DNA of 64,000 nt from Phoronis australis (taxonomy: Eukaryota; Animalia; Phoronida): assembly GCA_002633005.1 (NCBI GenBank), contig NMRA01000113.1, positions 812,556-876,555 of the forward strand. Reading direction: 5' to 3'. Below, in pieces: positions 36,635 through 47,778 of the stretch (the first letter of the stretch is position 1; every line of letters begins with the position of its first letter). Below the pieces are notes generated by a model. The model searched no databases. It was not told the DNA's origin and saw only the letters and a list, made by a program, of their open reading frames with translations. The translations under genes were made by a program, and so were the position numbers.

Positions 36635-37897
36635 CAATGAGAGCGCTCAGAGGAGCGACACTTGGCGGAATTAATCGAAAAGACTACAATGAGGGAGACG
36701 ACGACAATCATGACGATCAAGACGGCAATTATGAATAACACGATAACAATCAACTACAATTAAGAACAATAGATGGCGCAACATGGCGGACGAGCCATGT
36801 CTTTTCCCACATTCTAAAATAGGTGGCGCTATGTGACAGTCTGCAAAGCAAAGTTATGTTTACAATAAGTATTTGGCCTGAAATTGTACAGTCTACAGAG
36901 CGCTATTCAGCCACAGTAGGACAGTGCTGGCTGGGTCAGTCTGGGTCAACTAGGCATAAAACAAAGCGAACTGAAAGCCAGCCAGCTGCGTGTGACCGAA
37001 GGAACAACGGTATCTGAAAATCTCGAATAATTCAAAAAGTAGACGTCGTAGCGCAAAATGGAAACTATCTCCTGAAAGCCCATTCAAAACTCTACCTCAA
37101 GTAGTAGTTTGGCAAAAATCAAAAAAAAATTTTGAGAAAATTGAAAATTTGCCGTTTTTTTTTGAATTTCAAAGTCAAATAACTCGAAAACGGTAACTCT
37201 GAGAAATACGCTCTCGCAGACTTTTTGAAAGGCCATACTTCAAGGAATCCACATGCAAAAATTCACGTCATTTGCTCTACCCATAAAAAATGCGACACCA
37301 GAGCGATTGAAACCGTGTGAACATGCCCCACAGCCGCCATCTTGAAGGTGACTTCCGGTTCAATAATTTTTTATAAAAGCTTATTAAACTCAACGAACAC
37401 GTGACCAGTTTGAAAGTGATTGGTTTGCAATTGCGCCCTCTACAGGAGAAAACGTTTTTAGCCCTATTTCGGGGTGCGCATGCGCCACGTCCAATATTTC
37501 CGCCATCTTTAACCGGAAGTCAACGATTTTCTGCACAATTGTAGCACATGCGTTCTAGTATATTCGTACCGATTTTCAGCTATGAAGGTCGAAAAATGCG
37601 GCCTCTACGAGTATTTGACTGTGAAATCGGATACAAAATGGCCGCCACGTCCGCCATTTTGTATCCGATCATGACCAAAAACAATAGCGTTCCAGTGATT
37701 CCCGATCTACATGTTGTGTGCAAATTTCGTGAAAATCGGACCAGAATTGCGACCTGTAGAGAGCGAACAAACAAAAAAAAAAAAAAAAACTTGCTGTCAG
37801 AGCAACATACTTGACGGAATTCGAAGAATTCCGCCAAGTAAAAAAAAAAACTTGCTGTCAGAGCAACATACTTGGCGGAAGAATTCCGCCAAGTAAT
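36635..37897 (+). mobile_element. Helentron-associated (HINE/DINE-1-like) non-autonomous element
   Basis: 5' subterminal ACTTGGCGGAATT (36660) is inverted to AATTCCGCCAAGT near the 3' end. There is an A-rich tract and a terminal stem-loop TACTTGGCGGAA-GAA-TTCCGCCAAGTA, with no TSD. Related fragments at 17580 and 61140. Confidence 0.7.
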
Positions 37898-38355
37898 AAT
37901 TAGTTTCGCATGAAATAATAAGTTTGACTTTTCATTATCAGGTAAAATTTCTTCAAAATAGAACACAATATGGCAGAACTGCAAAATTTTATTTTATCAA
38001 AATTTTCAACAGTGTGGTAAGTGTCAGTTTCAACACAGGGACTGTTTTTAATGAACTGTAAAAGACACCAACAGAATATGATGTCCAGAGTAACAACAGT
38101 AACTACAATGGTAACAAAACTGTGACTCGAAATTGAAAGCACAACTGTTTTGAAAATCAATTACGAGAAGCAAATTGTGGGTGCTTAATTAGAAAATTTT
38201 CAAAAAGGGAGGTGTCCAGTTACCTCAGCAACAACGTTACAAAACTCAAATGTTGACACTTTTTAATATCAAATTGTGACAAAAACCTAACACGGATTTC
38301 GGAATCTCCAAATAATTTTTTGATCTGAATGACTAACGCGGCATTTATGCATTAA

Positions 38356-39668
38356 AGGCAAAGGCAACCATTTTTCTTGTCACTTTTAGCAAAAATAAGG
38401 TCTGTTGATTATCCTAGACATATTTTTCACTTAATTACAGCTTTTGGTAATATAATTAATTTCTCGTCCTCTACTCCGGAAGTGACATTTTAGGAGGCAA
38501 GAATTTCGAGCCAATTTCTTTTCATACAGTCAGACTGTGAGAGCTGTCAAATCAGTCATTGTTCTACCTCGGATGTGATAAGTTCGGTCGTCGTTTGCTT
38601 TTGTTTACGAGTATGTCAACATGCCGCACTGTTGCTGTGTACCAGGATGTATTCATTATCGTCTCACACGTGCTTTAGGTACCTTGCATCGCTTTCCGAA
38701 GGATGACACACTTCGCCATACTTGGCTAGCTCGTTCTTTTGAAGAACGGATCGCTACCCGTTCACGCAACGTACAAAGCAGTGGCAAGCATTTTTAGCAG
38801 TCAGATTACAACAGAGATATGTACACTGAATTGATGAAGGTCCCTGCAAAACAATGCCTGAAGAAGGGTTCCATACCATCGCTGTTGATTCCCAGCAGTG
38901 CCCCGTCACCAACCCCGAGAAGAGCGTTTTTGAAGCGAGAAGCCTCACGAGCTGTGGTCACTATTAACAGTGACTGGAGGCACTTCATCTACTGTCACCC
39001 ATGCCTCCGAACGTACCCCATAGCGTGCAATTCCAGGAACTAGCAGTGATTCCCCGTGTGCTGTTGTCTCTAGCCCAGAGCCTGTAAGCAGCCCTGAAGC
39101 GATGTTGAGTAGTGGGAGTGAATACAGGCCCAGTTTGGCACCCAGTGAAAAGGACAGTTCGTCATCCAGTGAACAGATAGGTGAGCCTAAGTTTGACAAG
39201 TTTATTGTTGACTTGTATTGGAGCTATTTAGAAGGTACCACGTGTGTGACGAGAGAGTCGCACAGCGGGATGTAAGCAGTTTGGGTGCTCAAGTCACCAT
39301 CCACTGGGAGTGTGTCGCGGGACACTCGGGCAAGTGGGACAGTTCTTCCTCTGTACGTGAAACGATAATGAGTACTTCTCGGTAGGCAGCAACAGCGTGG
39401 CATGTTGACAGACTCGTAAACAGAAGCAAACGACGACCGAAGTTATCACAACCGAGGTAGAACAATGACTGACTCGATTGCTCTCACAGTCAGACTGTAT
39501 GAAAAGAAATTGGCGCGAAATTCTTGCCTCCCAAAACGTCACTTTCGGAGTAGACGACGAATAATTAATTAAATTACGAAAAGCGGTAAATAAGTGGAAA
39601 ATATGTCTGGGATAATCAACGAACCCTATTTTTGCTAAAAATGACATGAAAAAAGGTTGCCTTCGCCT
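38356..39668. mobile_element. Kolobok-like non-autonomous element with long TIRs
   Basis: TTAA TSD (38352-38355 and 39669-39672), AGG...CCT termini, ~290-bp imperfect TIRs and an internal THAP pseudogene. Confidence 0.9.
38621..39043 (+). pseudogene. THAP-domain remnant of Kolobok transposase
   Basis: One frame: MPHCCCVPGC..LHRFPKDDTLRHTW..SGKHF*QSDY..LKKGSIPSL, with an internal TAG at 38795-38797. A KFIV motif follows at ~39198. Confidence 0.85.
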
Positions 39669-39991
39669 TTAATATTCAGGGCCCTCGTTCAACTGGGGGA
39701 AAGGCGCCTGTGCCGTCAAAGATGATTTCTTTTAGGCTAGAGAATATTACTCTTTCCCAATGCTACAAGTGGTAGCACTTTGAATTGATCAAGTAACATG
39801 ACTGGGTTCGTAGTGATTAACAGAATGATGTAACATTCAGACAATCTGATTGGTTGGAAAATAACTAACATTCCCATTGGCTAATGTAGAAAATCGTAAC
39901 AGTATGTTACTCCATCTACTGAGAATTGCCTTTGTGGCTTACATTTGTGCAACCACTATATCCGACTTCATTATGCATTCTACACAAGATT

Positions 39992-40098
39992 GGGCAATAG
40001 TCTAATACATGTGCCCGCATTTTGAGAGCCAGTTCATGCCTATTACTTCACTGGAGAAAACTGGTTCTCAAAATGCGGAAAGATTATATCAGACTATT
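39992..40098. mobile_element. Short hairpin MITE (same family as 13560)
   Basis: CCGCATTTTGAGAGCCAGTT/AACTGGTTCTCAAAATGCGG arms plus outer AATAGTC/GACTATT arms. Confidence 0.65.
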
Positions 40099-41420
40099 AG
40101 GTAACCACGATACTGCACACAAGATTATAAGGCCTTGAACAAAACAAGAAAACAAAAACAAAGCAGATGATTTTTGGATCTGAGGGGAATTTGAGATAGG
40201 AATGGGATCCCAAAATCAGGGGATCGAGGGCCCTAGTATGCGTGTAGGAATTTTCAACTGAGTGTGTGGAAGTCATCATTTTCAAAGCATAATTATGCCA
40301 TTATTGTAAGTCAAAAAACAAAACTCGATCACATGCTATGGACAAAGTCCCTCTTCCTTAGACATTCTTTTTTCTCAGTTAAACAGTAAACTTCTACAAT
40401 TATTTTTGGAAAAATACCAAAAAATATATGCAACAGAATTGAAATGGGGGGCAACACAATTTGCACGTTTGCAAGAAAAGGCATTGCTAAATCAACTGGG
40501 AAACTGCACTGTATGTCTTCACAAGGAAGCTATCAATAAGGCACTGTAATGGTTTCCTCCAACAATGGAAGCAGAAAACACCAGTATTATCAATGCTGTT
40601 ATCAAATATCTTCACTATTTGTTGTACAAAACCAATGCAAAACAATGACATGTGATAAGACAACACAATCTTACCAATAAGTTGGTGGGAAATCACAAGG
40701 TCTGTGCGGCCCTTTAGCTATGGCTGTTCACAGTGGATAAACTAAATTAATTATTGGCAATCCAAATCAGGTCATTGAACTTTGCAAACCTCAATCTAAA
40801 CAGGTTAACCAGACTACCCTGTTCGATAACACAACTGGCCAATCACAGATTTCTGATAGTCTAATTAGAAATAAAAATGGTCTCCTTTTTAAAGGATATT
40901 TAGTTTCCATGTGACTGAGTTATGTTCAGTTCTAATCTGTACAAGTGAAGTAACAACAAATAACAGCTGTGTCCACTAGAGCTTAAATATTTTTCTATGG
41001 GATCAATTTGTGTCATAATTGGGGGGTCATCCACATCAATTTAATTGGATTTTCAGCCAATTTGAACTTGTGTTCAGGGGGAGGGTGGAAAGAACACATG
41101 TCCACATTTAACGTAAAAACACACTCGTGTAACTTGCCTAAAGCTGTTTTTACATAGGGAACAGTTGTCACGGTGGAAGTTGTCACTTGTCACGGAGCAC
41201 CTTGCTCCACTTAAGTTGCATTTACACGACATTAGATCGCTTGTCAAGATCGCTTGTCACTCCGCCATTTGTATTTTTAAACCTACTGGTGAACTCTGGG
41301 CTCAGTGGCTGGCATTAAGGTCACTAAATGATGTCATTAGGTAAAAAACTAAGGGTAGAAGATGGTACACGATTTGATTCATTGTTGTTAGCGGAAGCTA
41401 AAAAGAGGCGAAAAATAATA

Positions 41421-41553
41421 CCATACTCATCCGGGTTACCGCCCAGGGCGCTTAAATTGGGAATCTAAAAAACGGGGTGGGCAGAAAGCTGAGCAATTTT
41501 TTTTAAATTAAAAAAAGTAAGATGAGCATGGGCGGTAACCCGGACAAGTATGG
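41421..41553. mobile_element. Miniature TA-flanked element related to family A
   Basis: TA|CCATACTCATCCGGGTTACCGCCCA ... TGGGCGGTAACCCGGACAAGTATGG|TA. Confidence 0.8.
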
Positions 41554-42567
41554 TACGTAAGACCATTTGCACTTTTCTAAACATGTCAAGGGGATTTGGT
41601 CCGGATGGGTGATTTTTGTTGATATGACCACATGCTTTGAATGAGTTAGAGAACCCATGGTCCAGACAGATGACTTTCGTCCACACGACCACCACGCGGC
41701 GCGCTTTGAGTAACAGAGAATGCATGGTACAGACAGATGATTTTTGTCCACATGACCATGTGCTTTGAACGAGTTAGGGAGCATGGTCTGGGTGGTTCAT
41801 TTTTGTTTATACAACCACCACGCAATTTTGTTTGAATCATGGAACGCGTACCGTAAGGCGGACAATTTTGCTTTAAATGGCTTTCAGAGTGCATGGTCCA
41901 GGTGGATAATTTTTTCCAAACGACCACGGGCCTTAAATGTCTGAGGTTTGGTGGGGGCATTTATTTTTTGTCTACATGACCACCAAGCAATTTGCTTAGG
42001 TTATAGAACACGTATGATCTGACCCATAAGTTATCGTCCATTCGACCGCATGCCTTAAATGGCTTTGAGAACACGTGACGCAGGTGGATAATTTTTGTCC
42101 AGACGACCACAGGCTTTAAATGTCTGAGAGAGCATGATGGGGCCACTTAATTTTTGTCTATACGACCACCATGCAATTTTGTTTGAGTCACGAAACGCGT
42201 ATGATCGAGCGGAGAATATCAGTCCATTTGACCACACCCTTTAAATGGCTTTGAGAGCCGTGGTCCAAGCGAACAATTTTCGTCCATAGGACCATGGGAT
42301 TTAAACGTCTTCGAGAGCGTGGTCAGGACGTTTAATTTTTGACCACCAGGCGAATTGCTTAAGTCACAGAACACATATAGTCAGGCAGACAATTTTAGTC
42401 CATCTGACAACGCCCCTTCAATGGCTTTGAGAGGGCGTGGTCCAGGTAGATAATTTTCATCCATACAACCATGCCATTAAAGGTCTCAGAGAGTGTGGCA
42501 GGGGAGTCTGTACGACCACCACGCGATTTAGTTTGAGTAACGGAAGGTGTATGGTCTGGCGTATCTA

Positions 42568-43178
42568 AGACCCTTTCATACTGACTTAACTCCGGTCTGA
42601 GTGGAACGTCAAGGTAAACTGCAAAGTTAACTGAACTATTCATACCGTCTTCAGTAGTTAACATACATCGAAGTAAACGGTAGGTGCCATCAAAGTAATC
42701 ATAAGGTAGTGCTGACTCATTGCGTGCACGCTAAGATTTTTATTAATGTGACAATTTGGGAACATTTAAATGTGCTAATTGACATAAAATTAATTTCTAA
42801 TTAGATTGGTGATTATTTGAGCAAAATATATTGATTATAGCGACAACACTGCCCTTTAATTGTTGACGATAACAGTGTCCCCTGGCGATAACTTCAATGA
42901 GACCGAAGTTAACAGTTCATGCCGCACCGCAGCGTAGATGCTTCGCGTAAAACATATTTCTAATTCAATTGGTGATTATTCGAGCATGCGATAACTTGGA
43001 TGGGACCGAAGTTGACTGTTCATACCGTGCTGCAGCGTCGACCCTCCGCTGTTAAACCTACCTGTTTACTACGAAGTTAACTGGCAAAGTTAACTTCGAT
43101 CCAGGACCGAAGTTAACTGTTCATACTGACAGCAACTCCCCAAAACATTGACATGTCGACAATAGTATGAAAGGACCT
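42568..43178. mobile_element. PIF/Harbinger-like MITE inserted in the satellite
   Basis: TIR AGACCCTTTCATACT/AGTATGAAAGGACCT with internal GAAGTTAAC repeats. Homologous to 26242-27209. Confidence 0.78.
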
Positions 43179-43478
43179 TTTGAAACCACATGTCTTAGAA
43201 AGCATGGTCGGCACATTTAATTTTGTCGGTACCACCACCACACGAATTTGCTCAAGTCATAGAACGCGTATGGTCTTGCAGACAGTTTTCGTCCATACGA
43301 CCACGCCCCTTCAATGGCTTTGTGTGGTCCAGGTGGATAACTTTTTATACATACGACAGCGCCCTTTAAACGTTTGAAAGAGCATGGTCAGGGTGTCTAC
43401 TATGAGATTTTGTTGGAGACACGGAACGCATAGTCAGACGGACAATTTTTGTCCATCTGAGCACGCGCTTTGGACTTA

Positions 43479-44924
43479 CTGCATTCGCTCTAATAAGCGC
43501 CCATGCCCCTATAAGTGCCCCCCAAGCATTTTCAGACTTTGCTAAAATAAGTGTCCAGTTCCATGAATGCTGTGTACATGCGAAAAATGCCTCACCTACA
43601 GTTCTAAAATTCTACAGTAACATCTTCAATTTATCAATAAGATCTGCTAGTCCTGAAAAAAATCATTGTGCGCAGAATTTGTAGACCACAAGCCTCGCTG
43701 CTATGTTGGTATTTAGCCGTCACTATACACTTCAAACTTTCGCCGTGCTTCAAAAACAACGCAAAAATTTTGCTGATCTTGCGAGGGACGTATCCTATTA
43801 AGGTCTAGCCTTTCAGAACAGACGCAGCGTACATGTCAACGGGATTGTATTGTATCTTTCCCGTACAGATCTTCTCCCTCAACAGATATCCAAATTTCTT
43901 TGTATACTTGAAAACTGCGAATCAAAGACTAATAAAAACTTGACCTTTGTTAAAAGCACCTGGCCAGGAACCGTGGGCTACATACAAGTACCTGTCATCG
44001 AAGATTAGTCTTCGGGAACTATCTATTCAAGAAACGGGTAGCATAGCATCGGCAAGAAATACATACTGGCACTTATTTCCGAAAGTCACTACCACCGTAA
44101 AAAACGCTTGCGTTATTTTTAGGAGGAATTAATCGTAATTGGTGTTTCTAAAGTCAAAATGACCCACTGATAGTGAACACTTCCACACCCTTACACCCCC
44201 CAAATCTCCCCAAAAATAACTGTTAGACAGTCACGCATCCAGTCACCCGGCGACTCAATGTCGGCCTTACCGAGACAATTCTCGAACGTTTTTAGCAGAT
44301 GAGATCAATAAGTACTAAATAAAATACGTTCTGCTTTACTGCTTGTGTTAATTTCTTTAGTTACGATGCACACCTAGTTTACTCTGGCAAATAAACACTG
44401 ATGACACGCACACGCTTGCTCACTCACACACGCCGACGAACTTCAAAACAAACATCACGTGACAACATGTGTGTTAGTCCACAGATTTTTCTCGTGTTGT
44501 GGAGTACGATCTAGCGCAGATTTGGACTTAATATGCAGTTAATCCCAGCTCTACAGGCATTTAAAAATGTTAGGGACGCTATTTTGAAAACTTACGGACT
44601 TCAGATAATTTGTTGAGTCAAAACTACATTTTTACTCAATAATTCAAGTTGACCTATCGGCGATCGCAAGGCAGCGACGCATCAGTCGGCAAGTTTTCGC
44701 ACAGGGATTTTCTAAAAATGCTCTTAATTTAACAACAAATTTTGATAGCAATGCACTCTATCTTAGATTACACATGCGTCACAGAGCGTAAATTTGATGA
44801 ATACTAGCTTACGATTTCACTTGTTTTGGAGACCAGGTTTCAACCACTTTGGGCTATAATGAATGCCCCCCTTCTTGAAGCGAATTTTTCTAAGCGCCCT
44901 GGGCACTCATTAGGGCGAATATGG
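43479..44924. mobile_element. Family B transposon, longest copy, inserted at TA in a satellite monomer
   Basis: Degenerate TIRs with TA flanks, colinear with 10497-11840. The flanks rejoin into one satellite unit. Confidence 0.88.
43655..43930 (-). pseudogene. Decayed HIRAN-domain coding sequence
   Basis: SLIRSFQVYKEIWISVEGEDL / YNPVDMYAASVLKG*TLIGYVPRKISKIFALFLKHGESLKCIVTAKYQHSSEACGLQILRTMIF. Confidence 0.78.
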
Positions 44925-45729
44925 TAGTTAGAGACTGCGTGATACAAGCGGACAGTTTTGTCCACACGACCACAGCCTTAAAATAACTTGGAGAGGTCAC
45001 GATCCGGGGGGTAGTTTTTGTTCAAATGACCACAGACTTTAAATGTCATAGAAAGCGTACTAGTCTGGGCATTTAATTTTTGTCTGTACGACCACCATAC
45101 AATGTCGTTTGTGTCACAGAACACGCATGGCTGGGCGGACAATGTTTGTCCAGAGATGACCTCGTGCTTCGAATGGACTTAAGAGAGCGCGTGGCCCATG
45201 CATTCGAATTTTGCACTTAAAATGACTTAGTGAACGTTAGGTTCAGGCATTTATTTTTTAACGAGCCACTTTGTTCGAGTCATAGAATGCGTATGGTCGG
45301 ACGGACAATTTTCACCCATACTGCGATCGGCTTTAATTTTTGTGTCTATGATAACACGCTTTAAATAACTTCAAGAGAACGCGTGGTCCAAGCAGATAAT
45401 TTTTGTCCATACGACCACATGTTTTAAATGTCTTAGAGAACACATGGTCCAAACAGAGAATTGTTGTACATGCGACCACAGTTTGTGGGCTGGTCAGGGG
45501 AGGAAATTTTGCCATACCAGCTGGTGCTTGGTAATTTCAGTAACATAATGCTTTGTAGTGTGCAGTCTAGCGAATAACATTGCAAACCAAAAAACCAAAG
45601 TCATGGAATTTTCCTATACATATACACGACTTAGTTGTCATCCACAGGTGGCGCAATAACATGACCACATTCAAACATGGCGTCTCCGCAAGACACTCGA
45701 GTTCAGAAAATTTGTTGACATTTCTACAG

Positions 45730-45850
45730 CACTGGTCGAATATATAGTGGTCCCTGATTTAGAGAACCAGTTTCATCCACTAAATGAATGGGCCCGTTAT
45801 TCAGTGATTGCCTGGTTCTCTAAATCAGGGACCGCTATATCCAACCGGTG
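45730..45850. mobile_element. Short near-perfect hairpin element
   Basis: ATATAGTGGTCCCTGATTTAGAGAACCAG/CTGGTTCTCTAAATCAGGGACCGCTATAT. The loop GCCCGTTATTCA is shared with the 13560 copy. Confidence 0.75.
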
Positions 45851-46386
45851 ACATTTCTACTGCATAAATTAATGGAACTTAGCAGAACTGCAGAAGTCGT
45901 GACACTGCAAGTTTGAAAAACACAACCATATTTTATCTGCTACCTAAAACCCACCCACATGTGTGTGTATATATGAAGAAAAATCCAGGACTACAGGGAC
46001 CCATGCTTTTAGGCTACCACATACTTGGCAAAATTTCTTTTCGTCAAGTAGGCCTATCTAACAGAAGTAACTACTAACACTGTCACTGTCAGTCGTCGGC
46101 GAGCAGACGACAGACTTAACTCAGTGCGACTTCAGAGTTTGTGTCAGTAACTACGAGCCGTTTCAACGCAATGTCGATCGTAAGTAACGTGGAAATTACG
46201 ACACTTTTCACCCAAAGTCTGACGGAGGCTTACCAGTCCAGGTTATGTTTTGGCTCTCGGTTAGAACAAATAATTGTCAGAAAATGCAGCCCAGGCCCAA
46301 GTCAGCTAGGTATTGGCAAACAATGACACACGTGTATGTATAACAAGCTCAAGACAATGTACAGCAAAATACTGCCTCCCACTTAC

Positions 46387-47165
46387 CAATTAAGAACTTA
46401 ACCCAATCCTAGAACTCTAGCAACTGAACGAACAGATCGCCAAGTAATAAAACAGCAAGCAGAAGGCTAACACAGTAAGCGCCTAAAGGCCACAAGGTCA
46501 TCGTCCTCGCAAAAAGTTGAGTAACATTTCTCGTTTTAAACGAAATGCGCATGCGTGAATGTTTTTAGGTTAAAAGCATTCATTGCCCTGAGAAGGCCTT
46601 ATAAAAGAGCCTCGGTTGATTCCAGGGGGCATGGACCACTCGAATCCAATCTCTTCACGACTCGTGAAAATGATCACAAATACGTTAGCAACCACCTAGT
46701 ACCCATCGAGTGGAATCACAACAAAAGGATTGTCTGTACACGTTCACAAGCGTACGGACAAAGCCGGGGGGTGCCCCCAATCTACCCTTGGCACAAAGCT
46801 GTATTTATCGACTAAATATACATTATTTTGGCGATAGTCTTCGTTCAGCTAGCTGGCTGGCTACTCCCAGACCGGCTGCAAGGTCATATAATAAGTTTGA
46901 GGCAGCGGAGGACCCGGAGGGTACGTTCCCCAGATGATTTGCACTTACAAAAGTACTGAAAACCCCGGCGTCAGGGCGGATCCGTCGGACATTATACGAG
47001 CTAGCTGGGGCGCAGGCCGGATTTGGGAAGGGCCGCGGGTCGGTTCGGGGTCAGTACGCTAATTTGGAAAGACTCTGACAAATATTCAAAACTGAAGAAA
47101 GAGTGAAAATTCTTTCAGTGTCAAACTATCGAGTGCTCTGGATTCAGTTACCTCAGCTTCCGGTC
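46387..47165 (-). promoter_or_regulatory. CpG-rich promoter and first-exon region of the minus-strand transcript
   Basis: GC/CpG-rich at 46860-47060, with an ETS-like CCGGAAG (47157-47163) and an NRF1-like TGCGCATGCG (46546-46555). Consensus GTAAGT donors follow 46949 and 46387 on the minus strand. Confidence 0.55.
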
Positions 47166-47197
47166 ATGGGACCTCCAACAGTGGCCACTAGACTTAC

Positions 47198-47778
47198 CAG
47201 CGGCGGATCCGGGATTTTGAGTCGGGAGGGGGGGAGACAGTGAGGGCTGAGTATTAGCCAGGATTTTGCCAGTCAGACATTCGCACCCCCGAACTGCCAA
47301 ATGGGATCTGGGAGAATTCTAGGGGGGTGGGCGTACAGAGAGAGGCGGTTTGCTGTGTACGAGGTGGTTCGTCGAGAACAAGAGATGAGTCTGGACTAGT
47401 ATATTGAAGACTGCAAATTACATGAGGAGAACAACTCTCAGTGCTGAGAAACCACTGTTTATACTACTAATACTGTTCATAAAACTCTAGCCCTGCTTGA
47501 AATACAAGTGAAAGCACTCTTCCTGGTGAGAGACTCATAGAGAAACACGAATTCCGGCTGCAGTAACCAATCAAAGAAGACGAACAAATAAAGATGCAAT
47601 ATATGCTGACAAACAAACAGTTCTAGAAATAGGAAGTGTTACTCATCCTCTACTCTAAAAAAGTGGTGATAAACAACAACAGAAAGTTATGTAATACGTT
47701 GCCTAAACTAAATGATGCAAAAACACAATAACACATTCTGCGACAGGGGCATGGCCCCCATGGTCCCCCCTCTAAATG
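47198..47778. mobile_element. GC-ended hAT-like MITE (CAGxGGCGGATCC family), right end eroded
   Basis: Its ends are homologous to those of the short copy at 55835-55961. Confidence 0.6.

Larger units (their letters stand above)
41560..45500. repeat. Diverged ~61-bp tandem satellite with ~183-bp ABC higher-order unit, interrupted by two transposons
   Basis: Roughly 30 monomers of TTTTGTCCAYACGACCAC-(variable)-GYRTGGTCCAGGYGGAYAA in 41560-42567, 43179-43478 and 44925-45500. Confidence 0.85.

Noticed and set aside
41560-45500. CRISPR-like array (palindromic repeats with variable spacers)
   Set aside because: The variable cores are homologous and recur in ABC order, the repeats are highly diverged, there are no cas genes, and the context is eukaryotic. 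It is a satellite.
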